From assembly GCA_963751455.1 (NCBI GenBank), contig CAVVUN010000008.1, positions 256,001 through 320,000 on the forward strand: a DNA stretch of 64,000 bases, given 5' to 3'. The position numbers and the translations under genes are program-made. The notes beneath the pieces were generated by a model. It ran no database searches. It saw only the letters and a list, made by a program, of their open reading frames with translations, and was not told the origin of the DNA. Source of the DNA: Nitrospirota bacterium (GTDB lineage Bacteria > Nitrospirota > UBA9217). Each line of letters opens with the position of its first letter. Within the stretch, counting starts at the first letter, position 1. Shown here one piece after another: positions 30,150-40,567 of this stretch.

Positions 30150-30313
30150 CCTAAAAACGGCATTTGAACACGGATGAACATGGAAACAGCGGATCAAAAC
30201 AATGTGATAGAGCAAAAAGCCATCTCGCCTTTTGGGTGAATCCATTACTGTTCGTAACTTCCTATAAATCCGTGTTGATCAGATTTTATCCGTGTCCAAC
30301 TGCTTTTTTCAGG
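30150..30313. mobile_element. 164-bp CCT-family MITE (diverged copy)
   Basis: Same ends and length as 856-1019; TTTAT duplication (30145-30149, 30314-30318). Confidence 0.9.
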
Positions 30314-30314
30314 T

Positions 30315-32309
30315 TTATTTGGACTTTGCATCCCTACCGCTTCTCCGGTCGAAAACGACGTCCGGACCGGTCGGGATGAGCAATTCTAATGAAAAGTTCG
30401 CGATAAACCGGTCATAGATGATCTGCGAAGACAGAATGCCGGCAAGCGCCATGCCTTCGACTTCGCTGACCTGCTTGACCGAGTCCAGCTTGTTCAGCAG
30501 GACTTTAACCTTTGCCGGATCGAACAGGCCCGCGTCCGAGATCGCGGCTCCGGAAAGGAAGATCTCCCGGTGAAGAGCGGAGGCGTGCAGGAGACTCTCT
30601 CTGATCGGGGCCCTATACGGATGTTTGGGACGGCCCACGATCTTTTTGGGCACTATCTCCTCAAAAACTTTTTTCAGCAGGTATTTCTCATTCAAGCCCC
30701 TGATCTTCAGCTTTGCGGGAACCCGTCCCATGAACTCGATGATCCTGTGGTCCAGGTACGGCGGTCTGACCTCAACCCCGTTTCCCATCGAAACCCGGTC
30801 TCCCTGCGAAGAGAGCAGATAGGTGCTCAAAAAGATGATCGATTCCAGGTACTGCGCCTGCGCAAGAGCGTCCCACGTGCCGTAGGCCTCCGGCAGGTTT
30901 TTTTGTAAGTCGTCCAGGCAGGAATAAGCGCCGATCTTCTCCTTCAATTCCTGTGAAAAAAATATTTTAATCTTAGATGTATTCTGCCAGCGTATGGCAT
31001 GCGAATACAGGGGGTCGTCCGTTCTCTCCAGCCCGGCCCCGAAGAAGGACTGCAGAAAAAACTTGGGCCGGGGGTTGTTCTTGAAGATATACGGATAGAG
31101 TCTTGCTACCAGAAGCGGACGGGATTTGGATCCCGGTTGACTGGCCCAAAACCTTCTGATTTTCGCTTCCCGGAAAACGTTGTACCCGGCAAATATCTCG
31201 TCGGCCCCCTCTCCGGTAAGCACAACCTTGAACCCGTTGTCTGCCACAAACCGCGACAGCAGGAACAGCGGAACCGGAGCGGTCCTCAGGAGCGCCTTTT
31301 CGCAATGCCACAGTACCGTGCGGAAATGTTCTCCGATCTTTTCGTTGGTGGCCTGAATGCCGATATGGTCCGTCTGGAGAAAACCGGCCATATACTGCTG
31401 AAACTCACCTTCGTCAAAGTCGCCCTCATCGAACCGTATACCGAACGTCCTGAGCCGGTTGTTGAAGTTCTTTTTTGCAACGGTGGTTATACCCGATGAA
31501 TCGAGGCCGCCGCTCAGGTAGCAGGCGACCGGCACATCAGCCCTGAGCCGAATTCTGACCGCATCATGGATCAGTTCCTTCAACCCGTTTTCAATTTCCT
31601 CCGTCGGCCACGTTAACTGCTCATCAGGACGGCTGAAGGGAAGATCCCAATATTTTCGAACAGCGATTTTGCCGCCGGAGAGCTTCAGATAGTGGCCAGG
31701 CTGCAGTTCATAAATGTCCTTGAAAAGCGTACGGCCGGGCAGGGTCGTCCAGAACGTGAATATCTGGTCCAGGGCCAGAGCATCGATGACGCGTTCCACC
31801 TCCGCTGCCATGAAGATCGATTTTATTTCGGAAGAAAAGAGCAGTCGGCCGCGGTTGACCGTATAATGCAGCGGCAGAATGCCTACCCGGTCGCGGGCGA
31901 GGAACAATTCCTTTTCGCGCGAGTCCCATATGGCGAATGCAAATTGGCCGTTCAGCTCCTCGACGCACCGGATCCCGCGGTCCTCATAGAGGTGAAGAAT
32001 GACCTCGGTGTCTGTCGAGGTGGAAAAACGATGACCGCGGCGTATCAGCGCGTGGCGCAGCTCCGGATAGTTGAATATCTCGCCGTTATAAACGATCCAG
32101 AGCGTCTCATCCTCATTATGAATCGGTTGAGCGCCGCCCGAAAGGTCTATGATGCTGAGCCTGGTATGGCCGAGCCCCACCCAATCGTCGAGGTAGACGC
32201 CCGAACCGTCCGGTCCGCGGTGCCTGATAACGCCCGTCATGCGGTTAATCATTTCAGGGGAAACAGGACCGGGTCCCGACAGGTAGCACATGCCCGTTAT
32301 ACCGCACAT
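30315..32309 (-). CDS. asnB: asparagine synthase-like glutamine amidotransferase
   Basis: MCGI N-terminus, HRGPD, RLSIID, NGEIFN, LSGGLDSS, TGEGADE. Confidence 0.93.
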   Translation of the reverse strand: MCGITGMCYLSGPGPVSPEMINRMTGVIRHRGPDGSGVYLDDWVGLGHTRLSIIDLSGGAQPIHNEDETLWIVYNGEIFNYPELRHALIRRGHRFSTSTDTEVILHLYEDRGIRCVEELNGQFAFAIWDSREKELFLARDRVGILPLHYTVNRGRLLFSSEIKSIFMAAEVERVIDALALDQIFTFWTTLPGRTLFKDIYELQPGHYLKLSGGKIAVRKYWDLPFSRPDEQLTWPTEEIENGLKELIHDAVRIRLRADVPVACYLSGGLDSSGITTVAKKNFNNRLRTFGIRFDEGDFDEGEFQQYMAGFLQTDHIGIQATNEKIGEHFRTVLWHCEKALLRTAPVPLFLLSRFVADNGFKVVLTGEGADEIFAGYNVFREAKIRRFWASQPGSKSRPLLVARLYPYIFKNNPRPKFFLQSFFGAGLERTDDPLYSHAIRWQNTSKIKIFFSQELKEKIGAYSCLDDLQKNLPEAYGTWDALAQAQYLESIIFLSTYLLSSQGDRVSMGNGVEVRPPYLDHRIIEFMGRVPAKLKIRGLNEKYLLKKVFEEIVPKKIVGRPKHPYRAPIRESLLHASALHREIFLSGAAISDAGLFDPAKVKVLLNKLDSVKQVSEVEGMALAGILSSQIIYDRFIANFSLELLIPTGPDVVFDRRSGRDAKSK

Positions 32310-32321
32310 AGATTATGGTTT

Positions 32322-32392
32322 CGGAAGGCGGGAGAGCGTAGGGTGAGCGGTAACTCTTTACCCCCTCCCGACTTCCGCCTTACGCCTTCCGT
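32322..32392. repeat. 7/8-bp-period inverted arms
   Basis: CGGAAGGCGGGAGAGCGTAGG...CTCCCGA CTTCCGC CTTACGC CTTCCGT. Confidence 0.55.
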
Positions 32393-32406
32393 AATTCCAC
32401 TCAGTA

Positions 32407-32679
32407 CTAGGCGGTCATACCCGGTTTATCCGGACATTCGCTGACTTTTTGTTCCAGAAAGCGTTCGATATTCTTCAAGGTGTCCAGGTTTTCCGGCAGC
32501 AGCTCATCATCGCTGATAGATATGCCATAGGTCGCCTCCAGAAAACTTACGAGCTCGAGGATGCCTGTGGAATCGATGATCCGTGTTCCCAGAAACGAGG
32601 TGTCGTCTTTGATATAGCCGTTATCTCCGAATAGAAAATTTTGCACTATGAATTCACGCACTGCAAATATATAGCCCAT
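32407..32679 (-). CDS. acyl/aminoacyl carrier protein
   Basis: IIDSTGILELV phosphopantetheine Ser motif; PENLDTL. Confidence 0.9.
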   Translation of the reverse strand: MGYIFAVREFIVQNFLFGDNGYIKDDTSFLGTRIIDSTGILELVSFLEATYGISISDDELLPENLDTLKNIERFLEQKVSECPDKPGMTA

Positions 32680-32721
32680 GGTTTCCTCCCCTTTATTGGA
32701 TTTCGGTTGTTCCATACTCAC

Positions 32722-33744
32722 CTACAAACCCAGCTGTTCCCTAACCTGCGCGCGTACCGTTTCATCCGGCCTTTCCGAAAGTTTGGCCAGTCCTTCTTCC
32801 CGCTTCATACAGCCGGCCCTGACCAGGCCCGCGATTTCCCGGGCATAGGGATGAAACCGATGCCGCTCCAGGTGCGTTTCGTTGGCGAAGCCGTTCAGCA
32901 GGCAATTCGTCGAGTTGGCATCCGTATCTTTCGGCTTCTCCCATCCGAGGGTTCTGATCTCTTCTATCACGCTTTGTTCATCATAGGGCAGGAATGCCAG
33001 GGGATTCACGTTGAAAAAAAAGAGCGGTCGTCCGGACGATTCCTGCTCGAGCAGCCGGTAATGGCGCTCCTGTAAAATGAAGGACTGCAGCTCTTCTCCC
33101 ATGACAGGGAGCAGGATGTCCCTGACGGCGTCCTGGGTCTGGCGGATCATGGAGATGTTGAGCCTGATCATCGAGGACTGCACCGGCGCCTGCCCGGGCG
33201 ACCAGCCGTATACCATGAACGGGATCCGCATTTCTATCGCGGTTTTCAAAATGAAGGACTTGACCAGATGCATGCAGGTATTACAGATGGAGCTTGCCCG
33301 CTCGAGCGCCTTCAGCGGATACAGTTCTTCGCTGATCGACCGCCTGAATGCGTGAATAAGAGCTTCGCGCTTCGGAGATACCATGAGATGGGACACATTG
33401 AGCGTTTGGGTCACACGTTGGATATTGGTCAAGGCCTGGGGAGAGACAAAACCATGATTGAAGGTGATTGCCAGCACGCTCAGGCCATACTTTTCTTTCA
33501 AAAGCTTCAGGGTGTAGGAGCTGTCTTTGCCGCCGCTATAGGCAATGATGACGTCATAGGGGGCCTTGTATTCCTGTTTACGCTGCTTGAGAAAGTGATC
33601 GAACTTACTTCTATATTTTTCCCTGTCAGCCCCGGATATCGTGCTTTGCGTTTCGCTGTGCCGGCAATAGTTGCAAACGCCGTCCCGGTCAAAGCGAATG
33701 CCGGGGAAGGTCTCAGGAAGAACACACTTTAGGCAAATATTCAT
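32722..33744 (-). CDS. PP-loop N-acetyl-sugar amidotransferase-like protein (WbpG-like)
   Basis: CLKCVLP...CNYC, YSGGKDS, CNTC, STNC. Confidence 0.8.
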   Translation of the reverse strand: MNICLKCVLPETFPGIRFDRDGVCNYCRHSETQSTISGADREKYRSKFDHFLKQRKQEYKAPYDVIIAYSGGKDSSYTLKLLKEKYGLSVLAITFNHGFVSPQALTNIQRVTQTLNVSHLMVSPKREALIHAFRRSISEELYPLKALERASSICNTCMHLVKSFILKTAIEMRIPFMVYGWSPGQAPVQSSMIRLNISMIRQTQDAVRDILLPVMGEELQSFILQERHYRLLEQESSGRPLFFFNVNPLAFLPYDEQSVIEEIRTLGWEKPKDTDANSTNCLLNGFANETHLERHRFHPYAREIAGLVRAGCMKREEGLAKLSERPDETVRAQVREQLGL

Positions 33745-33745
33745 T

Positions 33746-34731
33746 TTATTTGGACTCCTTTTGCTGGTCATCGAAGAGAAAAAAACATTTACAACTCCTC
33801 AGGCCGCTGAGCACGGATACACTCCTTTTTGTTTTCTGTTCACTGATGAGACTGAGCAAATACCGTCCATAGCCGTTTTTTCTCAACGGCTCCGCAAGGC
33901 TGCGACACACGCTCCGCATCGATATAGCCCATGCGATAGGCAACCTCTTCTATACAGGCAACCTTGAGTCCCCGCCGCTTTTCAATAGATTCTATAAAAG
34001 TGCTTGCCTCGAGCAGCGACTCATGGGTGCCCGTATCCAGCCACGCGAATCCGCGGCCCAGGAGCTCGACACTCAGCTGTCCCCGCATTAAATATTCAGA
34101 GATTACATCGGCAATCTCAAGTTCACCGCGGGCTGACGGCTTGAGACGCGATGCGATTGCAACAGCGTCATTGTCGAAAAAATACAAGCCAGGAACAGCG
34201 AAATTCGACTTTGGTTTTTCCGGTTTTTCCTCTATGCTCAGGACTTTTCCGTAAGCGTTGAACTCCACGATCCCGTATCGCTCCGGATCTCTTACCTCGC
34301 AGCCGAAGATAAGACCACCCCTTCTCAACCCGTACTGCTCTCTGCAGGATTTCCGGCAGGCCGTGCCCGTAAAAAATGTTATCGCCGAGGACCAGGCAGA
34401 CATTATCCGCGCCGATGAAGTCTCTGCCGATGATAAAAGCCTGTGCGAGACCTTCGGGCCGCGGCTGCACTGCGTAGGAAAATCGAAGACCGAGCGAACA
34501 ACCGTCGCCGAACAGACGCTCGAAATTGGGGAGGTCCCCGGGAGTGGAAATGATAAGTATTTCGCGAATGCCCGCCAGCATGAGCACCGAGAGCGGGTAA
34601 TAGATCATCGGCTTGTCGTACACGCTCAGCAGTTGTTTATTTACCGCCAGTGTGATCGGATACAGTCTTGTACCTGCTCCGCCCGCAAGGATGATCCCCT
34701 TCCATCGGCAATGGTCTTGTTCGCTTTTCAC
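33746..34731 (-). pseudogene. rfbA: glucose-1-phosphate thymidylyltransferase with two frameshifts
   Basis: [14 protein letters not shown]...GDNIFYG, then EEKP...WLDTGT in a second frame, then KNGYGRYL in a third. Confidence 0.9.
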
Positions 34732-34749
34732 GATTATAGGCTCATCATG

Positions 34750-35976
34750 TCAACGCCGGGGGCGATAATATTTCCGCTGAATAATTCTTCGGGCTGTACC
34801 CAGAATTGAGCGAGTTTTTTCTTTTAACGATAATTTTAACCAGTTATCAAAGAGAGAGAACCCAACGAGTCGGGGTGTTGGCACGCCCAATGTTTTCATA
34901 CTCAGCAGTCTTCCCCAGATTGCTCCTCTTTTTGAAAGCAGGTTCTGCTGGGACGCTCTCAATATTTCAGCGTTGGCGCGTTCGAGCGAGATATAGCCTG
35001 CTTTGAGAGCTCCATGAAGAATCCGGCGGCCCCTTTCCGTTCTTACAAGAACGAGGGAATGACCCTGCTCGCCTTCTTTGATTCGCCGATACCAGGGATC
35101 TCCACAGGAGATATCTGCGAACTCACTGGTCCCGTCTGGGCAAAGGTAACACCGAAACGGTCTGTATTTTTGCACAAAACCCCATGATTGCTTATAGGAA
35201 ACCTGATGAGAAGGTGTTTTCTCTCCTTTTAACGTCACCGTTGCCATGCCCGGCCAGCCTTTTCCCCTATAGCGAATTTCCTGAACCTCCTCAGGAGATA
35301 TATGGAATTGATTGAGCAAGTCCAATGTCCCCTGAGTGGACGGTGTGCCTGCGCAAAATATTCCGATTGCAACTCCGGTTTTCTTATCAAGCTCCGGTCG
35401 TAGACGTTGGGCCTTCCTCAAAGCCGCCACATCGCACGGTTTTCCCATAAATACACACTCGCGCGCAGCAGCTTCTATCTGATGCAGGCCATCGCAAGGG
35501 GAAGCGGGAGAATACCGTGAACCCGTTCTGGAGAGAATATCCGCCCGGTTTTGACTAAAGGCAGTCTTATTTTTATACGGCCTCGTTTTATCCGGTCCTG
35601 CATGGAGCACACCTGCCATTCTTTCTTTTTCGAGGCAATACAGCGCAAGAGCACTGGCAATACCCCCGGAAGATCCTTGAAATCGAATCTCCGCGTCACG
35701 TGCATATCCTTCCCATATTTCGAGAATACATCCCCACTCTTTTGAACTTGTTACTAAACCGTCAAGGAGATTTCCGTCATAAGCCGTCTCATATCCCGGA
35801 CAAACCTTAAGGCATTCATTACAGCCACTACACCTGCCGGCATCAAGAACAGGCCTGATCCCGTCGCCGGTAATATCCATAAGGGAAATATTTTTTTGGG
35901 GACAAATGGATGCGCAAGCGCCGCAGCCGACACAGAGTCGCCAATTCGATATGTCCCGAACAGTAAGTAACTGCAT
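34750..35976 (-). CDS. FrhB/FdhB-family Fe-S protein (polysaccharide-locus type)
   Basis: Two ferredoxin motifs, SSGG, GSRY, GKPC, FCAG, ADISCGDPW. Confidence 0.88.
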   Translation of the reverse strand: MQLLTVRDISNWRLCVGCGACASICPQKNISLMDITGDGIRPVLDAGRCSGCNECLKVCPGYETAYDGNLLDGLVTSSKEWGCILEIWEGYARDAEIRFQGSSGGIASALALYCLEKERMAGVLHAGPDKTRPYKNKTAFSQNRADILSRTGSRYSPASPCDGLHQIEAAARECVFMGKPCDVAALRKAQRLRPELDKKTGVAIGIFCAGTPSTQGTLDLLNQFHISPEEVQEIRYRGKGWPGMATVTLKGEKTPSHQVSYKQSWGFVQKYRPFRCYLCPDGTSEFADISCGDPWYRRIKEGEQGHSLVLVRTERGRRILHGALKAGYISLERANAEILRASQQNLLSKRGAIWGRLLSMKTLGVPTPRLVGFSLFDNWLKLSLKEKTRSILGTARRIIQRKYYRPRR

Positions 35977-35978
35977 GC

Positions 35979-37289
35979 CTATTTGCCCCTCACCAGTGAT
36001 CCTATTTCGTTGAATAGATTAAGTACGGTTTCCTTCACGTGCGGCATCTTTTTTTCCAAATGTCTTTTTAATGATGCTCTTTGCTCGAAAGCATCGTCTA
36101 TTATTCCGAGAATCTCTTCTTTTTCGAGTTTACGAGGATCTGCGACAAGCTCTGCAACTCCGATGGTTTGCATGACCCCGATAAATTTTCTGCTATAGGC
36201 AATAGATACCGTCGGCGTATTTTGAGAAAGCGCCGCTATGCACGCATGCATTCGCGAGCCGATAAAGAAATCGCATAACCCGATTACATGCTTGATTTCA
36301 TTCTGGTTGTATTCGCCTCGTGCTATAAGAAGTCGCTCGTGGTAATGCCCCTTCAGGGAAGCATAGACCTTTTCGCAAACGACGGAATCACTTTCCTTGT
36401 GTGTCCCGAACACGTGGGGAACCAGCATCACGGTGGCATTTTTTTTTCTGATCATGAAATGGATGAGCTCCGGGATGAATTCCTTATAATCAATTTTGAG
36501 CCCGAACATGTTATTTCCGGTGTAGCCGCCCCGGTACAGCAAGCCGCTTACATTAAGACCAACAAGCGGTGAATTTACCTTCACTTCGTCAGTCAAGTTA
36601 CCGGGAGCTGCTTTGTATGGCTTTACCGGATCAAGGATAAAACCGACATCGTAGCAAAAGCGGATCTTCTCTGATTTTTCGGGAGATTCGAGCATTTTTC
36701 TCGTCTCCATGATACCGTCGTAGTCTCTAGAATAAACAACCTTCGCTTTGTTCATGATGTATTTTGCTATCGTTCTTGCTGTCCGTGACCGGAATGGGCC
36801 GAGTGTCTGCGGCAGTAAAACAAGATCTTTACCCAAGAGCAGAACGAGTAGTTGAGGTAAGGAAACATAGAGGAGTCTGCCGAGGCCGTAGATATCGCTG
36901 AAGCTGTCGCCGCCTGAGATCGACACTGCGATATCCGCGTCAAAAACATGAGCGAGACAGTTGTTCCGTTTAATGAATTCATCTTTCAATTTTTTAGAAG
37001 GGATCAGCCTTAATATCAAGGCTGTGAGAATCAACAGTGCGACATTGTTTTTCAAATAGATTTTCTTTGAAAATCGCATATTCACCAGATGAACGGGAAT
37101 GGTGTGTCCGTTCGCCGGGAAATGATACGTAATGCTTTCTTTTCCATAATCCAGCAGAAATATTTCGGCCTCGGGATATTGACGAAGAACAGCTTTAATG
37201 GAGCCGGCCGTCAATGCCCCTACCCCCAGATTATGGGTATTAAATGAAGCTCCTAGAAGGGCGATTTTCATTTTGTACTTTGAATCCAT
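35979..37289 (-). CDS. polysaccharide pyruvyl transferase family protein (WcaK-like)
   Basis: NLGVGAL, GGDSFSDIYG, PQTLGPF, GSRMHACIAA, AYSRK. Confidence 0.88.
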   Translation of the reverse strand: MDSKYKMKIALLGASFNTHNLGVGALTAGSIKAVLRQYPEAEIFLLDYGKESITYHFPANGHTIPVHLVNMRFSKKIYLKNNVALLILTALILRLIPSKKLKDEFIKRNNCLAHVFDADIAVSISGGDSFSDIYGLGRLLYVSLPQLLVLLLGKDLVLLPQTLGPFRSRTARTIAKYIMNKAKVVYSRDYDGIMETRKMLESPEKSEKIRFCYDVGFILDPVKPYKAAPGNLTDEVKVNSPLVGLNVSGLLYRGGYTGNNMFGLKIDYKEFIPELIHFMIRKKNATVMLVPHVFGTHKESDSVVCEKVYASLKGHYHERLLIARGEYNQNEIKHVIGLCDFFIGSRMHACIAALSQNTPTVSIAYSRKFIGVMQTIGVAELVADPRKLEKEEILGIIDDAFEQRASLKRHLEKKMPHVKETVLNLFNEIGSLVRGK

Positions 37290-37294
37290 CCGCG

Positions 37295-38707
37295 TTAAGC
37301 CCGGGAATGTGCTCTGCGCGCCACTACGAGATAGCGTGCTGCGACAAGACCCCTGAGCATTCCCGGTGTTATGTGCGCAATCCGTTGTAAGCGCCCTTCG
37401 AAACCATAGAAGGAATGGACGGCTTCCAGGTTGCATTGTTTCAGCCATTTTGTAACTTTTCTTTTCGTGGTGAAATGAAGCCCCGTTTTATCAAAATCGT
37501 TCATATTTCCTGATAAAGTTCTCTCTAAGGCTAACTCTCTGCGAATTTTTATATTATTAAAATTAGGCACGCTGATGATTATAATCCCTTCTTCGGTCAG
37601 CACGTCTGCATGTCTGGATAGTATCCTCACGGGATCGTGAAGATGCTGCAGTACTTCGGAGAAAATCATGCAATCAAATCGCTTGCCGGATATGGTTTCG
37701 TATGCCTTTTCGAAGTCAGGACAGATGACCTCAGCCCCTTTGGCCTCAGCGCAGGCGCCGATGATCGCGTCCAGCGGAATAACAACGACCTTATGCCCCT
37801 TTTGAACCAAGGCCTCCTCTGTTGCTCCCCATCCGCAGCCGATGGAAAGAACATTTTTCAGATCACCGGGAATCAATGCGATGATGTCGTTTCTGCATTT
37901 TTCGTAGTAGCTTTTGCTCCAGCGCGCCTGTCTGAGCCTGGTCTCTATCGGAAAAAGCGGCCCACGGGAATCCCCGTTGCCCGCGTTCTTGAGCAGGGCT
38001 TCTATCTGCCGGCGAAATTCACCATCTGCCAGCCCCAGCTTTCTGATGTAAACGCCGGGCAGATGGTGGATCTCAAAATCCTTCAGATGGGAGATGCATA
38101 TCGCTTTCGATAGGCCGCACTGCGTATAGGGATCTGTCGCCGCCGTCACCAGGAGGTCATATCGCTCATCATGGGGGCCTACCAGATATCCTCCGGAATC
38201 GATCGCCATTTTCAATTGCTTCCTGGTCAGGATATAACAGGCGGAATGATCATTGGTGAAACGGGCAAAGGTATAATCGCCGATCGACTTGACAGAGCCC
38301 GGAACCCAATGGAAATGAGAATGCACGGTTGAATAATATTTCTTCCCGAGCGAGTCCTTTTCGTACCGCAGAAACCCGGCAAGCTCATGTTCAGGAAGAA
38401 TGCGGGTCACGTCCAGGAAAGCCCGAATATTATTTTGCGTTACCAGCGTGTCATCCTCTGAATAGATAAAGAGGTCATAATTATTCGCTCTTTCGGCAAA
38501 CAATTTTTTATGCCCAAAAGGGAGCGACCAGGGGTTTCTGGAAGGAAGTCCTACCTTGACTTCGATTCCCGGACCAAGCTTTTTTGGAATATTCGACAGC
38601 ACAACTATGTCTATTCGATACGGCATCGACTGGTATTCCTTGATAACGGCACTAAGGAATCCCATGTTCTTGCTTCCGTAATTTGCGATAGCGACTAGAA
38701 TTTTCAT
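37295..38707 (-). CDS. GT-like N-terminal domain fused to class I SAM methyltransferase
   Basis: LFIYSEDD in the N-terminal half; VLSIGCGWG, EVLQHLHDP, SVPN in the C-terminal half. Confidence 0.75.
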   Translation of the reverse strand: MKILVAIANYGSKNMGFLSAVIKEYQSMPYRIDIVVLSNIPKKLGPGIEVKVGLPSRNPWSLPFGHKKLFAERANNYDLFIYSEDDTLVTQNNIRAFLDVTRILPEHELAGFLRYEKDSLGKKYYSTVHSHFHWVPGSVKSIGDYTFARFTNDHSACYILTRKQLKMAIDSGGYLVGPHDERYDLLVTAATDPYTQCGLSKAICISHLKDFEIHHLPGVYIRKLGLADGEFRRQIEALLKNAGNGDSRGPLFPIETRLRQARWSKSYYEKCRNDIIALIPGDLKNVLSIGCGWGATEEALVQKGHKVVVIPLDAIIGACAEAKGAEVICPDFEKAYETISGKRFDCMIFSEVLQHLHDPVRILSRHADVLTEEGIIIISVPNFNNIKIRRELALERTLSGNMNDFDKTGLHFTTKRKVTKWLKQCNLEAVHSFYGFEGRLQRIAHITPGMLRGLVAARYLVVARRAHSRA

Positions 38708-38888
38708 CTTTAAGACAGCTCGCTCAGTCGAATTTTGTATTTATAAAATTACTACAGAATAAACAATTTCACATCATACTCATGGTTTGTTATGAGGCTA
38801 GATAAACGGAACAGCCCGTGTCTCCTTCAGGCTCTCTCGTCAGAAAAAAAGGGATGCATTGTGGAAAGTATATTAATAAAAACAACAG

Positions 38889-40208
38889 TCATCTCGTCGT
38901 ACCCAATTGCTCCGGGGAAAGTCGTTCAATGGCTGCTGCCTCGTGAACGTTCCCAACCGGAACTGTTGCAGACCATACGGAGGCTATGGCCGCAAGGCTC
39001 AGGTAAAGGAAGAGAAACGACTGGTCGAAGTAGGAAACACCTATAAAGGTGACGACGTGTGCGAAAAGCGACGCCCCAAGCGCCCATATCATGAAGCGAG
39101 ACTGCGATGACAACTCAGGCATCTGCCGCAGTGTCTGACCTACGAAGGAAAACCCCTTGGCCAAGACGGCAATGAACAGCAGCATTAAAGGCAGCCCCCC
39201 TGTTACTCCCATGTGAAGGTAATAATTTGTGATATCACTGTGATCCGCACTCCAGCCGACGCCGGTAACCATCCAATCGCGGGTGTAATCCGTCCCAGCC
39301 AGCCACCAATCAGAGAGCTGCTCGAAAGCAGACTGAATAAGCCTTGATCGGTGATATCCTGTGCTCCCGCCGGTTAAATCAATGCGCGCTATGAGATAAT
39401 AGGCCGGCGCCTTCATAATCAATTCCAGGCCGATGTAGCCGAGAACTGCAAGCCATCGGACAAGCCGCATCCGATGGCGGTAGCGCCACATGAATAATGC
39501 TCCGATAGCTGCCATGAAGCTCAAAATCGGCCCGCTTGAGGAGGCGGCAAATATCATTATCAAACAGGCTCCGACTCCTATGAGTGCCGCTTTTCGGGAC
39601 CGATTCCACAGGACGATCACAAGCGGCAGACAGACTGCTCCGACCGTTCCTGCCAGAATGGAATGGGCAAAAGGACCTTGGGCGCGGAGCCGGCCGACGC
39701 GGATAGTCGGACTTTCCGAAACACCGCCCAGCAGAGAGAAAAGATTATGCGCTGTAAGTTTTTCATAGAGCATCTCAATTGCCAGCGGTACAAGCAGGAT
39801 CGCTGTAACGCGACACAGGGCAACCACATCATCGAATGATTGACAAAAAATTCGAAGAAGGAAGTAGATTCCACATGCATTGTAAACAAGACCAAGCCGG
39901 CTTATGAATGCCTTTGAGGGCTCATCGTGGAAGAAGCTGCTCAACAGCGCCCAGGCAGCCCATATCACCATCAGCCGGTCCATTGCATTTAATCCGCCGG
40001 CCAACCGCTCACCTCTTGCGATCACGCGCACAACACCAGCGGCCACCAACATTCGGATCACGGTGAATGTAAACGGTCCTATCTCGATTCCCTGTCCCAG
40101 AGTCATGTAACAGGCTCCGAGCAATAGAGGCACGGGCGCCCAGCGACGTGGCAGCGCGAGGAGCGCTACGGTACTTAGCATCACAAATATTACAGCAATG
40201 AAGGTCAT
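38889..40208 (-). CDS. Wzy/O-antigen ligase-like membrane protein
   Basis: Multi-TM, RAQGPFAHSI, STGYHR, DITNYYL. Confidence 0.8.
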   Translation of the reverse strand: MTFIAVIFVMLSTVALLALPRRWAPVPLLLGACYMTLGQGIEIGPFTFTVIRMLVAAGVVRVIARGERLAGGLNAMDRLMVIWAAWALLSSFFHDEPSKAFISRLGLVYNACGIYFLLRIFCQSFDDVVALCRVTAILLVPLAIEMLYEKLTAHNLFSLLGGVSESPTIRVGRLRAQGPFAHSILAGTVGAVCLPLVIVLWNRSRKAALIGVGACLIMIFAASSSGPILSFMAAIGALFMWRYRHRMRLVRWLAVLGYIGLELIMKAPAYYLIARIDLTGGSTGYHRSRLIQSAFEQLSDWWLAGTDYTRDWMVTGVGWSADHSDITNYYLHMGVTGGLPLMLLFIAVLAKGFSFVGQTLRQMPELSSQSRFMIWALGASLFAHVVTFIGVSYFDQSFLFLYLSLAAIASVWSATVPVGNVHEAAAIERLSPEQLGTTR

Positions 40209-40470
40209 CCGGTCTCTTGGATTGGTCTAGCCGTGATCTGCTTTACATTCCACTGTCGATCTCTGTTATCCTGAAACTTAGAAGCGGCAGTGCTTTCAGA
40301 AGAAGCCTAAAGGAGGAGCCGTTTTGGCTTAATGCTTGCGCGACGATTCATTGGGTCTTTGATAAACCAATTATTACGTTTGTGGTCTGAATCACAGATA
40401 ATTACTTTGAACAATACGAATATACAACTAGTGAAAAAAGTATTATTAATTTTCAATTTCACGATCGTAT

Positions 40471-40513
40471 CGTGAGCTAAATCACATATCGTAAGCATTA
40501 ACTATGATAAGCT
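40471..40513 (+). promoter_or_regulatory. CRP box with extended -10
   Basis: CGTGA-GCTAAA-TCACA, then TGaTAAGCT (hexamer 21 nt after the box); second box TGTGG-N6-TCACA at 40381-40396. Confidence 0.7.
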
Positions 40514-40567
40514 TTAACTAGTGATTAGGTTTCTAGTCGCTATAGAATACAATCGAGGGGGTCAATT

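Noticed and set aside
40232-40247. Additional CRP-like box CGTGA-N6-TTACA near the wzy start
   Set aside because: Two mismatches and no appropriately spaced -10 element.
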